DNA from: an uncultured Solirubrobacterales bacterium | Lineage (GTDB): Bacteria > Actinomycetota > Thermoleophilia > Solirubrobacterales > Solirubrobacteraceae | Reading direction: 5' to 3' | DNA: 64,000 nt | Assembly: GCA_963724405.1 (NCBI GenBank) | Contig: CAVRUQ010000003.1 | Span: 1,722,140 to 1,786,139, forward strand | In this document: positions 39,248-49,316 of the stretch, one piece after another | Numbering within the stretch: the stretch's first letter is position 1 | Layout: every line of letters starts with the position of its first letter | The notes under the pieces: generated by a model | Database searches by the model: none | What the model was told of the DNA's origin: nothing | What the model saw: the letters and a program-made list of their open reading frames with translations, nothing else | Made by a program: the position numbers and the translations under genes

Positions 39248-39733
39248 TCAATCCTCGGCCAGCGCTTTCTCCAGGAGCGCGCGGATCCTCGCCTCTTCGG
39301 TGGCCGTCAGCTCCTTCAGCGCGAATTCGACCGGCCACATGGCGCCTTCGTCGAGGTTCGCCTTGTCGCTGAAGCCGAGAGTCGCGTATCTCGTCTTGAA
39401 CTTCTCCGCGGGTTTGAAGAAGCAGAGGACTTTGCCGTTCTGGGCGTAGGCGGGCATCCCGTACCAGGTTCTCGGCGACAGGTCCGGCGCGCTCGCTTTG
39501 ACGACGGCGTGTACCCGCTGGGCGATGGCCCGATCGGCTTGCCCCATTTCGGCGATCTTGGCGAGCACGTCGCTCTCTCCGTCCGCCTCCCCGCTCTTGG
39601 CGCGCGCGGCCGCCTTCAGTTCTCGGCTGCGCTCCTTCATCGCGGCTCGTTCCTCGGCCGTGAATCCATCGAGGTTCCGGTTGGCTGCGGTGGTGCGTTC
39701 GGCGGGCTCGTGGGCGCTTGTCTTCGGGGTCAT
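39248..39733 (-). CDS. DUF1801 (YdhG-like) domain protein
   Basis: WYGMPAY...KVLCFF...YATLGF pattern resembling the YdhG/DUF1801 family. N-terminal charged extension. Confidence 0.4.
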   Translation of the reverse strand: MTPKTSAHEPAERTTAANRNLDGFTAEERAAMKERSRELKAAARAKSGEADGESDVLAKIAEMGQADRAIAQRVHAVVKASAPDLSPRTWYGMPAYAQNGKVLCFFKPAEKFKTRYATLGFSDKANLDEGAMWPVEFALKELTATEEARIRALLEKALAED

Positions 39734-39849
39734 GAAGCCTCCTCGTCGGGTTCAGGTGGATGCCAGCGATAGTCGCCAATGATGGTAGCGGACTATCATG
39801 GCTTTGGTCAATGATTGTGGTCGTCCAGCTAATCTGCGAAGCTACAGGC

Positions 39850-40326
39850 ATGACGTCGTCTCTATCGACCGACATCGAGGTGGCCGAGTTCACCGGCCAA
39901 CTGTTCTTCCGGCTCTGGCGGGCCTCGCATACGCGCACAGCTGAGGCACTGAACTCGATTGGCCTCACCCCGGCGCTGTTCGCGCTCCTCAATGTGCTCG
40001 GCGCCCGCCAAGGGGCGATCCAGCAGCATCTGAGCTCCGACATGGGCATCGACCCGAGCGCCATGGTCAAGCTGATCAATGAACTCGAAAGCGCAGGGCT
40101 GGCCGAGCGCCGACGGCGCCCGGGCGATCGCCGCGCCTGGGAGGTCGCAATCACGCCGAAGGGTCGGCGCACTCTCGAGCGGGCCAGACGCCTGGTCGCG
40201 CAGGTCGAAGACGAGGTGCTGGGCGGGCTCAGCGACAGCGATCGCCGCCAGCTGCTGACGCTTTTGCGCCGAGCGCTCGTCTCGGCGCCTCCGCAACCTC
40301 CGTGGCGCTCGGAGGAAGGAGCCTGA
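39850..40326 (+). CDS. MarR family transcriptional regulator
   Basis: Winged HTH (GAIQQHLSSDMGIDPSAMVKLINELESAGLAERRRRPGDRRAWEVAIT). Start at the ATG at 39850. Confidence 0.8.
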   Translation: MTSSLSTDIEVAEFTGQLFFRLWRASHTRTAEALNSIGLTPALFALLNVLGARQGAIQQHLSSDMGIDPSAMVKLINELESAGLAERRRRPGDRRAWEVAITPKGRRTLERARRLVAQVEDEVLGGLSDSDRRQLLTLLRRALVSAPPQPPWRSEEGA

Positions 40327-40363
40327 GCGATGCGGCAGAGCGCACGACGTACGCTGTGGATGC

Positions 40364-40768
40364 ATGTCTCGCGCCGTGGAGGATCGCAACCGCCGGATGT
40401 TGCGCGCGCGCGACACGATGGACCGCGCGTTTGCGCAGCCGCTCGACGTGCCCGCGCTGGCGCGGATCGCCCACGTCTCGCCTGCCCACTTCAGCCGCCA
40501 GTTCCGGGACACGTTCGGCGAGACGCCGCACAGATACCTCCAGCGTCGCCGCGTGGAACGGGCGATGGAACTGCTGCGAGAGACGGAACGTTCGGTGACC
40601 GAGATCTGCCTCGATGTCGGCTTCAACAGCCTCGGCACCTTCAGCCGCACGTTCCGGGATGTGGTCGGCGATTCACCGAGCGCCTACCGGTTGCGGTTCG
40701 CGGACGGCGGCGCGGCGTTGCGCGTGCCGGCGTGCTGGGCGATGGCCTGGACACGACCCGCCGGCTGA
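40364..40768 (+). CDS. AraC family HTH-only transcriptional regulator
   Basis: Two AraC HTH repeats (LARIAHVSPAHFSRQFRDTFGETPHRYL and TEICLDVGFNSLGTFSRTFRDVVGDSPSAYR). Confidence 0.75.
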   Translation: MSRAVEDRNRRMLRARDTMDRAFAQPLDVPALARIAHVSPAHFSRQFRDTFGETPHRYLQRRRVERAMELLRETERSVTEICLDVGFNSLGTFSRTFRDVVGDSPSAYRLRFADGGAALRVPACWAMAWTRPAG

Positions 40769-40828
40769 GCGTCGAGACAGAGCAGTTTCGGAGAAGCGGT
40801 GACGCTTGAGAGGGATTACCGTGAGGCC

Positions 40829-41284
40829 ATGCTCACACGGATCTCCCACACCTTCATCCACGTTCTCGACCAGGACGAAGCGCTCGACTTCTACGTCGGC
40901 AAGCTCGGCATGGTCGTCCACACCGACGCCGATCTCGGCGCCATGCGCTGGCTCACCGTCACCCTGCCTGACCAGCCCGACCTACAGCTCGCCCTGATGC
41001 GACCGGGCGCGCCGGTCCACGACGACGCGACGGCCGAACAAATCCGCGAGCTGGTCGCCAAGGGCGGTGCCGGCGGTGGGCTGATCTTCGAGACCGACGA
41101 CTGCCGGGCGACCTATGAGCGGTTGCACGCCGCCGGAGTCGAGTTCACCCAGGAGCCGGTCGAGCGCTTCTACGGCACCGACTGCGCGCTGCGCGACCCG
41201 TTCGGCAATTCGATTCGCATCACGCAGCCGCCCGCGGGACCGATCGTCGTGCCGTCGGCCGAGGAGCTCCGCGCCGGAGCGTAG
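40829..41284 (+). CDS. VOC (glyoxalase/bleomycin-resistance) family protein
   Basis: ISHTFIHVLDQDEALDFY and the C-terminal DPFGNSIRITQ are typical VOC-fold metal-binding segments. Paired with the AraC regulator. Confidence 0.8.
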   Translation: MLTRISHTFIHVLDQDEALDFYVGKLGMVVHTDADLGAMRWLTVTLPDQPDLQLALMRPGAPVHDDATAEQIRELVAKGGAGGGLIFETDDCRATYERLHAAGVEFTQEPVERFYGTDCALRDPFGNSIRITQPPAGPIVVPSAEELRAGA

Positions 41285-41388
41285 GCACGCCCGCACGTCG
41301 CGGCGGGACCTGGTCGACCGAAGCTCGGAATCATCGCTGTTGAACGACAGGCCCAGATCGACCCGCCGGGCACCGCAATGCGAACGAG

Positions 41389-41991
41389 CTAGCGAACGTC
41401 GCCGAGCACGAGCGCCATCGCGCGTCGGGCGCGCTCGAGGGCCGTGCGGTCGCGGTGCAGCTGGTAGTCGCAGTTCGCGCCGATCGCCAGGGCGTTGATC
41501 GTGAAAGCGATGTCCGTCGGGTCGGCGTCGGCGGGCAGCTCGCCGTTCTCGATCGCGATTCGCGCCTCGCCTTCGAGCACCCGCTTCCAGCGGGTGGCCG
41601 TGCGCCTGATCGCGTTGTTGACGGGGCCGGGACGGCCGTCGAACTCGACCGAGGCTGCCGTGAGGAAGCAGCCCCCTTCGAACGGAGGGTCAGCGAGGTA
41701 CTCGAGCCACGCGCCGGCGATCGCGCGCAGGCGCGGCAGACCACGCGGCCGGGCGGCGGCCGGTTCGTACACGATCTCGCGGAACATCTCGGACGCCCGC
41801 GCCAGAGCGGCGAGCTGCAGGTCCTGCTTGGAGCCGAAGCGACCGACGAGGCCGCTCTTGCTCATCTCGAGCTGCTCGGCCAACCCGCCGAGGGTCAGGC
41901 CCTCGAGGCCGACGACCGAGGCGAGCTGGACCGCCGCGCCGAGCGTCTCGGCACGGGAGTCGGCGACCTGGGCGGCGGAGCGGCGGGCCAT
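41389..41991 (-). CDS. TetR family transcriptional regulator
   Basis: HTH LGGLAEQLEMSKSGLVGRFGSKQDLQLAAL. Confidence 0.8.
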   Translation of the reverse strand: MARRSAAQVADSRAETLGAAVQLASVVGLEGLTLGGLAEQLEMSKSGLVGRFGSKQDLQLAALARASEMFREIVYEPAAARPRGLPRLRAIAGAWLEYLADPPFEGGCFLTAASVEFDGRPGPVNNAIRRTATRWKRVLEGEARIAIENGELPADADPTDIAFTINALAIGANCDYQLHRDRTALERARRAMALVLGDVR

Positions 41992-42080
41992 CGTCTGTTG
42001 AATTTAGCGAACGGTCGTACGGAATCCCTGTATATTCCGCACGAGCGTTCGGTAAGCGACGATTTCGGGAGGACCGCGAT

Positions 42081-42866
42081 ATGAGGATTCGTTGGCTGGG
42101 CTGGGCGGGCATCGAGGTCGAGGCGGAGGGCGAGCGCATCGTCATCGACCCGCTCGAGGATCCCGGCGCGGTGTTCGCGCCGTACGGCGAGCCTGCTGCC
42201 GGCACGCCGGTGCCCGAGGTCATCGCGCCGCAGCCGGACGCGGTCGCGGGACTGGTGACCCACCTGCACCGCGACCACGCCGATGCGGCGGCGCTGCGCG
42301 CGGCCCTGTCCGACGAGGCGGTCGTGTACGAGCCGCCCAGCTACGGCGGGGACACTGCCGAGCAGCTCGCGCTCATCCAGGCCGACGGCGAGATGACGGG
42401 CGCCGGACTGACCCGGGAGCCGACCGAGCCGTGGACCACGGTGACCGTCGGCCCGTTCTCGATCACCGCGCTGCCGGCCGTCGACGGCACCGGAGACCCC
42501 CAGGTGTCGTGGCTGGTCGAGGCGGGCGGCCAGCGGATGGTGCACCTCGGCGACACGTTGTTCCACGGCTGGTGGTGGCGTTTCGCCGAGCGCTTCGGCG
42601 CGCCGGACGCCGTGTGCGCGCCGATCAACGGGGCCCGCCTCTCCTTCCCCCACCGCCGGCCGGCCAGCCCGCTCCCGGGTGTGATGGATCCCGAGCAGGC
42701 GGCGCTGGCGGCGGAGTTGCTGCGCGCGACGCGCCTTGTCCCGATGCACTACGACGGCTATGCCTTCCCCGGCGTGTACGAGCCGGTGTCCGACGCGCTC
42801 GAGCGGGTGCGGTCGGCGAGCGAGCGGGTGGTGGCGCTCGGGCTCGGCGAGACGCTCGCGCTGTAG
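42081..42866 (+). CDS. MBL-fold metallo-hydrolase
   Basis: LVTHLHRDHAD motif and a downstream HLGDT; beta-lactamase fold. Confidence 0.75.
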   Translation: MRIRWLGWAGIEVEAEGERIVIDPLEDPGAVFAPYGEPAAGTPVPEVIAPQPDAVAGLVTHLHRDHADAAALRAALSDEAVVYEPPSYGGDTAEQLALIQADGEMTGAGLTREPTEPWTTVTVGPFSITALPAVDGTGDPQVSWLVEAGGQRMVHLGDTLFHGWWWRFAERFGAPDAVCAPINGARLSFPHRRPASPLPGVMDPEQAALAAELLRATRLVPMHYDGYAFPGVYEPVSDALERVRSASERVVALGLGETLAL

Positions 42867-42887
42867 GCGTCGTGGTCTCGGCGGGCG

Positions 42888-44414
42888 CTACGCGCCGGCG
42901 GTCGAGCGCTCGTGCACGCGCGAGAAGCGGTAGTCGTCGAGGTCGAAGCGCGCGCTGCGCCAGGCCGCCTCGAGCGTCGGCGAGGCGCGCAACGGCACGT
43001 CGCCGTGCGAGTCGAAGTAGTAGCTGTTGGCCAGCGAGCAGGTGGGCTGGAAGAAGATCTGGCGGCCGCGCCGGCCGAGCATGCGCTCGAAGTAGCGCGC
43101 GTTGGCCCCGGGGCTGACCTCGATCGCCGTCGCCCCCTCCTGGCGCGCGCGCGTGAGGCAGCGAACGATGTGGCGCATCTGGTTCTCGATCAGTGTGAAG
43201 TAGCTCGCACCGTTGAAGCTGTACGGGCCGAGAATGAGGAACAGGTTGGGGAAGCCCGGCACGCTGACGCCCTCGTAGGCCTGGAAGCGATTCTCGTCCC
43301 AGAACCGCTCGAGGTCGACCCCGCCGGCGCCCTGGACGGAGAACGGCGGCATGTTGCCTTGGTCGAAGACCTTGAAGCCGGTGGCCAGCACGAGCACGTC
43401 GATCTCGTGCCGGGTGCCGTCGGCGGTGCGGATGCCGCTGCGCGTGATGGTCTCGATCGGCGTCGTCTCGAGCAGGACGTTGTCACGGTTGAAGGTGGCG
43501 AGGTACTCGTTGGAGAAGCCCGGGCGCTTGCAGCCGAGGCCGTACTGCGGGGTGAGCTTCTCGCGGACGGCGGGGTCGTGGACCTGACTGCGGAGATGCG
43601 CGTGCCCGGCGCGCTCGCCGCGGCGCGAGAGCGGCACGATGCCGTGAAAGTGGGCGGGCAACGGGAAGGTCAGCTCGACGAAGGACTGGCTGAGCCACCG
43701 CGCGGCGCGCGCCGCTCCCGGAACCCGGCGCAGCACCCGCCGCCGCCAGCCGTCGATCGGGCCGTCGGGCTTGGGCAGGCACCAGATCGGCGTGCGTTGG
43801 AAGACGGTGAGGTGGTCGACGATCGGGGCGATCGAGGGGATGACCTGGACGGCGGACGCGCCGGTGCCGATGACCGCGACCCGTTTGCCGCTCAGTTCCG
43901 CGGCGTGGTCCCAGCGCGCGGTGTGCATGACCGTGCCGGTGAACTCGTCGATCCCGGCGATGTCCGGGAACGTCGGCTGGCTGAACACCCCCGTGGCGCT
44001 GATGACGAAGCGCGCCGAGATGGTGTCGCTGTTATCGGTGCCGAGTCGCCAGAGGTGGGCGTCCTCGTCGAAGGCGGCGGAGACGATCCTCGTGTTCAGA
44101 CGGATGCGCGACTCCAGCCCGTACTTGTCGACGAGGTCGGTCGCATAGCGCTTCAGCTCGCGGCCCGGCGCATACACCCGCGACCAGTCGGTTCGCCGCT
44201 CGTAGGAGAACTGGTAGCTGAAGGACGGGATGTCGACCGCGACCCCCGGATAGGTGTTCCAGTGCCAGGCACCCCCGACGCCGTCGCCGTCCTCGATCAC
44301 GGCGAAGTCGTGGATGCCGGCGCGGTCGAGCGCCATCGCCGCGCCGATGCCCGAGAAGCCGGCGCCGATGACGGCGACCTCGTGATCGGCGCTGGCGGTG
44401 GACACGGGCGTCAC
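42888..44414 (-). CDS. Flavin-containing (Baeyer-Villiger type) monooxygenase
   Basis: FAD fold VAVIGAGFSGIGAA, GGAWHWNTYPGVAVDIP, FxGxxxHxxxW-like region and a second GxGxSA NADP site (VIGTGASAVQ). Confidence 0.85.
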   Translation of the reverse strand: MTPVSTASADHEVAVIGAGFSGIGAAMALDRAGIHDFAVIEDGDGVGGAWHWNTYPGVAVDIPSFSYQFSYERRTDWSRVYAPGRELKRYATDLVDKYGLESRIRLNTRIVSAAFDEDAHLWRLGTDNSDTISARFVISATGVFSQPTFPDIAGIDEFTGTVMHTARWDHAAELSGKRVAVIGTGASAVQVIPSIAPIVDHLTVFQRTPIWCLPKPDGPIDGWRRRVLRRVPGAARAARWLSQSFVELTFPLPAHFHGIVPLSRRGERAGHAHLRSQVHDPAVREKLTPQYGLGCKRPGFSNEYLATFNRDNVLLETTPIETITRSGIRTADGTRHEIDVLVLATGFKVFDQGNMPPFSVQGAGGVDLERFWDENRFQAYEGVSVPGFPNLFLILGPYSFNGASYFTLIENQMRHIVRCLTRARQEGATAIEVSPGANARYFERMLGRRGRQIFFQPTCSLANSYYFDSHGDVPLRASPTLEAAWRSARFDLDDYRFSRVHERSTAGA

Positions 44415-44512
44415 GGCAGAGAGGCTATCCGGAGAGTCGCGCGGGCGGTACTGCGACGGTGATCAAGCGGGCGACAGCGAAGGCGGAATCGCGCATGCGC
44501 CTCGGCGTCTCC

Positions 44513-45664
44513 TCAGCTCGGGCGCGCCCGGTCCGGCCAAGTGAGGCGTCCGGCTCCATCAGGTCCGCGGGGCGGTCCCCCGATGGAACCAAGGGTCACG
44601 CGCAGGAACAGCCAGGCGATCGCGCCGCCGACGAGGGGCACGAGCTCGCCAACCGCCTGGTACAGGATGACCGCGACGGCCGCATCGCCGTGCGGGACCC
44701 CATACAGAGAAAGCATGCCGACCATGCCCAGGACCGAGCCGATCCCGGCCGGCAGCGGCACGGAGCCGCCGAGGGCACCGATGACGTAGGCGAGCAGCAC
44801 CACGCCGAACGCAGGCTGCGGGTGAGTGCCGAGCGCGATGAACGCGCACCACAACACCGTCACGTCGAACACCAGGTAGACGATCGCGCCGAGCACGCTC
44901 CCGAGCCCGTTTCGATGAGTGAGAAGGGCTCGGGTATCCTCGACCGCGCTGGTCAGGGTCTTCACCGCGTTGGCGAGCTTGGGGTGGGCGGCGTCGGTCG
45001 CCTGGGCGTAGCCGGGGCCTCTCGCCGCAATCCACAGCACGGCGGCCAGGGCGAGCGCCGCGAGGAGCGCGGGCAGCAGGGTGAGAGCGAGGTTCTGGCT
45101 ACCGGGCAGGATTCCGCTCGCCAGCCCCAGGCCGAACACGATCAGCGCCAGCGCGTCGACGGCGGTGTTGAGAAACTGGAGGTTGAACTGACGCTCGGCG
45201 ATGAGCTCGTTCGGCATCCCGAACCGATGCAGAATCCAGGCGCCGACGCCGACGCTCGACAGCGACCCGCCGGGTACCAGCATTCCGCCGCCGAGCTGCA
45301 CCCAGGCCAGCCGCGTCGCCGTCCGTTCGCCGCGGCCATCGCAGCACAGCACGTCTTCGGGATCGACGATCCGCCGCCAGGACGCCACGAAGCCCAGCTC
45401 CGACACGAACTCGAGCGCGAACGCGATCGCCAGCCACTCCCCCTGCACTCGTCCCAGCGTTCCGATGTCGTGCTCCAGCCCGGGCACCAGCCTGACGAGC
45501 AGGTAGGCCAGTGCGACGTACCCGATCGCCTTCAAGGCCTTCTTGCCGAGGTGGCGCCTGGCCGCCCTGACGGCGTGAACGCTCTCATGCCAGGGCGACT
45601 CGCGTGAAGCGCGGGGCCCGGTGAGGGCGGGGCCGGCAATCCGGTCAGCGTCGACCTTGGACAC
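44513..45664 (-). CDS. Flippase-like (lysylphosphatidylglycerol synthase TM region / UPF0104) membrane protein
   Basis: 8 predicted TMS and conserved Gly-rich helices (VIGALGGSVPLPAGIGSVLGMVGML) typical of this family. Confidence 0.6.
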   Translation of the reverse strand: MSKVDADRIAGPALTGPRASRESPWHESVHAVRAARRHLGKKALKAIGYVALAYLLVRLVPGLEHDIGTLGRVQGEWLAIAFALEFVSELGFVASWRRIVDPEDVLCCDGRGERTATRLAWVQLGGGMLVPGGSLSSVGVGAWILHRFGMPNELIAERQFNLQFLNTAVDALALIVFGLGLASGILPGSQNLALTLLPALLAALALAAVLWIAARGPGYAQATDAAHPKLANAVKTLTSAVEDTRALLTHRNGLGSVLGAIVYLVFDVTVLWCAFIALGTHPQPAFGVVLLAYVIGALGGSVPLPAGIGSVLGMVGMLSLYGVPHGDAAVAVILYQAVGELVPLVGGAIAWLFLRVTLGSIGGPPRGPDGAGRLTWPDRARPS

Positions 45665-45945
45665 GGTGGCTACCCCGGAGCGGGCCTACGGAGGCGAAGT
45701 GGCCCGGGTAGCCCGAGCATCGCGCCGAGGCCGCGCGGCGCCGCGCCGCGGTACCGCGTTGGTGACCGCCCCCTCTCGCGCGCGGCGCGCCTGCGCCAAC
45801 AACTTCGCGGTCCGCGAACGTTGTTGACTCCCATCGCGCGATCCTAGCGCCGGTGAGTGGTCGTGTCGCCGGGAACACGGCAGCCGTGACCTCCGGCGCA
45901 CGGCTGGACGTCTGCGCAGCGCGCTCAGCGAGCCGGACACCATCG

Positions 45946-46476
45946 TCAATCCTCGCGTCCGGTGGAGAGGGAGAACCAGCTGGCGCCGAACACGGCGCCG
46001 TCCCTCTCGGGCGCGAACGGGATTCCGGCCGCGACCGCGCGGGGTACGACCACCGCCGCCTGGGCGGCACGATTGAGACCGAGCATCAGCAGGATCGCCG
46101 CGATGCCGGCGGCGACGTGCGCGCCCGCCGCGTTGGCGATGCCGCTCACTGCCAGGCGGCTGATGAACAGCCCGCCCCACAGCCACAGACCCTGCTTGGG
46201 GAGCTGCGCCCACAGAGATCCGGCGCGGCGCTCCAGGCGCGTCATCGCGCCGAGCCCGGCGCCGGTCGCGATGGCTACGGCCGCGCTCACGACCAGCAGC
46301 ACGATATCCATCGCATGCGGGTGCGAGTTGTGGCCGCTGATGTCGAGGATCCCGATGACGGTCAGGACGGCGGGCAATACGACCAGACGCTTGCCGCTCA
46401 CCGCGCCGCCGACCAGCTGCTGACCGATCGCGTAGACGATGATTCCGATTGCGCCCAGCGCTGTCAGAAGGGACAT
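45946..46476 (-). CDS. Small membrane protein (DUF1453-like)
   Basis: Four hydrophobic helices. Start at the Met at 46476 with an AAGGAGG RBS. The function call is weak. Confidence 0.4.
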   Translation of the reverse strand: MSLLTALGAIGIIVYAIGQQLVGGAVSGKRLVVLPAVLTVIGILDISGHNSHPHAMDIVLLVVSAAVAIATGAGLGAMTRLERRAGSLWAQLPKQGLWLWGGLFISRLAVSGIANAAGAHVAAGIAAILLMLGLNRAAQAAVVVPRAVAAGIPFAPERDGAVFGASWFSLSTGRED

Positions 46477-46851
46477 CTCCAGACCTCCTTGGCGGGTCGA
46501 TTCACGGTCCCTGACGCTACGGCGCCGCGGCCCCGCGCACATCGGTCCACGGCTTGATCTGCGGGTTGATTCCGGGTGGAGATCCGGGTTGAGAGCAGGT
46601 TGAGGCCTGCGCTGCGATCAACCGACGGTCACGCACAAACCACCCGGCTCGGCGCTCCCCTTGACGAAGCGCCGGACGCTTCAGGCCGCGAGCAGCGCGG
46701 CGAGACCCCCGGCGTCCGCGGCGGACACCGGGTGCACGATCACGACGCGTACGGTGAGATCGTCGGCCAGGAGCAACGAGGCGCTCTCCAGCGTGGCCGG
46801 AAGATGTCACATCTGGCGCGCGGTCTGTCGCTGAGCGGCGGGGAGGACAAG

Positions 46852-47088
46852 TCAGTCGTCGGGAAGCGCCGCAAAATCACGCTTGGCCTTTCGATACCAC
46901 CCCATCCCTGACACGGGATGCTTCCACCTGCCCTTCATCTCCTTCAGGGCACTCTCGTGCGTTTCATCACCCGCTGAGACGATGTCCTTCAGATGCTTGT
47001 CCTGCGCCTTTATGACCTCGTCAGCGGTGTCTCCCTTGTGCGGGAGATCGCACGGTCCACCCAATTGTCTACACGTCATCGTCTTCAT
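46852..47088 (-). CDS. DUF1059 family small protein
   Basis: MKTMTCRQLGGPCD N-terminus is typical of DUF1059. Locally lower GC than the surroundings. Confidence 0.55.
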   Translation of the reverse strand: MKTMTCRQLGGPCDLPHKGDTADEVIKAQDKHLKDIVSAGDETHESALKEMKGRWKHPVSGMGWYRKAKRDFAALPDD

Positions 47089-47292
47089 GGCTGTCGGTCC
47101 CTTTCAGTACTCGGCCGCCAACTCGGACCAGATTGGAACGGATGAGAGATCTCGTCTCAGCACCTCGCGCCGGCGTCCGCTCGATCCACGGCGCCCAGAC
47201 GATCAGGCTACGCGACCGGTCGCGTTCCCGGTCCACGAAGGCGGGTAGTGGCCACCCGGGTCCGACGGCCTCGAAAGCAACGGCTGAGTGAC

Positions 47293-48864
47293 TCATGCCC
47301 CGGCGCCCTCCGCCGACGAACTGCCATGTGCCCGCTCCTCGCGCTGCGCGTGCTCGTGGCCGTGGGCAGGCGCCGCGGCGGGCGCGCCGGCGGGCGCGCG
47401 GCCCCGATCGACCGCCGCGAGCACAACGGCGAGCGCGCAACCGACGAGGGCGGCGGCCACCCAGAACGCGAGGTGGTAGCCCGCGGTCAGCGAAGACGCG
47501 ACTGGATGCCCGCTCGCCGTCAGCGCGTTGCTGCGTGACGTCGAGAGCGTCGCGAGCACCGCCAGCCCGAGCGCGCCGCCGACCTGGGCGGTCGTGTTCA
47601 CGAGGCCCGAGGCGAGGCCCGCGTCCTGCGGCGTCGCGCCCGACATCGCCAGGTTCATCAACGCGGGGAACGCCGTGCCGGCACCGAGACCGAGCAGCAG
47701 CATCGACGGCGCGACCTGGGTGGCATAGTCCGCGTGCACCGGCGCGAGCGCGAACACGACGAGGCCCGCCAGCACGAGCGTGAGCCCGGCCAGCAGTGCC
47801 CGGCGCGCGCCGAGCGCGATGAAGATGCGCTCCGAATACCGGATCGAGAGCGTTCCCATGGCGATCGTCACCGGTAGGAACGCAAGTCCGATTTCGAGCG
47901 CGTCATAGCCGAGCACGCGCCGCAGGTACAGTGCGCCCAGGAAGAACATCCCGAACATCCCGGCGACCGACAGGATCTGGATCGCGTTCGCGGCTGCGAT
48001 CGGCCGTGAGCGGAAGATCCGAAGCGGCATCAAGGGGCTCGCGGCGCGCGTCTCCTGCGCGACGAACGAGGCCAGCAGCGCAATCGAGCCCGCCCCGAAC
48101 AGCAGCGTGCTCGCCGAGGCCCAGCCCTGTCTCGCTGCGGGGCCCACGATCGTGTACACGCCGAGCATCAGCGCGCTCGTGATCAGCACCGCGCCCGGGA
48201 CGTCCGCGCCCTGGCGTAGCCCGATGCCCGGCTCGTCGGGCACCAGCCGCCGCGCCGCGAGCGCCGTCGCGATGCCGATCGGCAGGTTCACGAAGAAGAT
48301 CCAATGCCAGTCGAGCGACTGCGTCAGCACGCCGCCGGCGAGCAGGCCGACCGAGCCGCCCGCCGACGCGACGAACGCGAACACGCCGATCGCCTTCGCC
48401 TGCTGGCGGGCGTCGGAGAACATCGTCACGATCATCCCGAGGATCACCGCCGACGTCATCGCGCCCCCGATGCCCTGGACGAAGCGCGCGGCCACGAGCC
48501 ACCACGCGGCCTGCGCGACCCCGCACAGCAGCGACGCGCTCGTGAACAGCGCGACGCCCGCGAGAAATATGCGCCGGCGGCCGACCAGGTCGCCCAGGCG
48601 GCCGGCCAACAGCAGCAGTCCTCCGAACGCGATCAGGTACGCGTTGACGACCCACGCGAGGCTCGACGTCGAGAAGTGCAGGTCTTCCTGGATCGACGGC
48701 AGCGCGACGTTCACGATCGTCACGTCGAGAACGATCATGAGCATCCCCACGCACAGCACGTAGACCGCCAGCCAGCGCGCGCGGTCGCTCCCGCCGTCCG
48801 CGACCCCCACCTCGAACGAGGGAGGCGTCTGCGTGGAGTCGGTGGTGCCGGCGCCCACGCTCAT
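47293..48864 (-). CDS. MFS transporter, DHA2 (14-TMS drug:H+ antiporter) family
   Basis: LDVTIVNVALPSIQEDL and GRLGDLVGRRRIFLAGV motifs. 14 TMS. Start at the Met at 48864, overlapping the SRPBCC stop (ATGA). Confidence 0.85.
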   Translation of the reverse strand: MSVGAGTTDSTQTPPSFEVGVADGGSDRARWLAVYVLCVGMLMIVLDVTIVNVALPSIQEDLHFSTSSLAWVVNAYLIAFGGLLLLAGRLGDLVGRRRIFLAGVALFTSASLLCGVAQAAWWLVAARFVQGIGGAMTSAVILGMIVTMFSDARQQAKAIGVFAFVASAGGSVGLLAGGVLTQSLDWHWIFFVNLPIGIATALAARRLVPDEPGIGLRQGADVPGAVLITSALMLGVYTIVGPAARQGWASASTLLFGAGSIALLASFVAQETRAASPLMPLRIFRSRPIAAANAIQILSVAGMFGMFFLGALYLRRVLGYDALEIGLAFLPVTIAMGTLSIRYSERIFIALGARRALLAGLTLVLAGLVVFALAPVHADYATQVAPSMLLLGLGAGTAFPALMNLAMSGATPQDAGLASGLVNTTAQVGGALGLAVLATLSTSRSNALTASGHPVASSLTAGYHLAFWVAAALVGCALAVVLAAVDRGRAPAGAPAAAPAHGHEHAQREERAHGSSSAEGAGA

Positions 48865-49316
48865 ACCGTCGCGACCCCCTGCGCGAGCGCCTGGCCGAGC
48901 TTGTCGAGGAGCTCCTTCGTTCCGTGCTCGCGCAGCTCCGGCTTGTCCTCGCCGTCGAGGAAGACACCCTGCTCGGTGTAGCGCAGGTGCGTCCCCGCGC
49001 CGACGGCGACCAGCTCGACGGTCGTCACCGAGACCGACATCCGCACGCCGTCGCGGTGCATGTTGTACGTGTAGACGATCCGCTCGTCCGGGACGATGTC
49101 CTCGTAGGAGGCGTCGTAGGAGTAGACCGCGGCCCCGCCCGCCACCTCGAGGTGCTCGCGGCCGCCCTCGCGGAAGTCGAGCTCGTGCTCGCCGCCCGCC
49201 CCGAACCACTGGCCCTTCGCATTCACATCCCGCCACGCCGCGAAGACGCGCGCGGGGGATGCGTCGTAGTCGCGCTCGATCACGAACGTCGAGTGTGTCG
49301 CTGACCTGTTGCTCAT
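48861..49316 (-). CDS. SRPBCC (AHSA1/polyketide-cyclase-like) family protein
   Basis: N-terminal IERDYDASPARVFAAWRD pattern typical of the Aha1/SRPBCC fold. Coupled between the ArsR and MFS genes. Confidence 0.75.
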   Translation of the reverse strand: MSNRSATHSTFVIERDYDASPARVFAAWRDVNAKGQWFGAGGEHELDFREGGREHLEVAGGAAVYSYDASYEDIVPDERIVYTYNMHRDGVRMSVSVTTVELVAVGAGTHLRYTEQGVFLDGEDKPELREHGTKELLDKLGQALAQGVATV

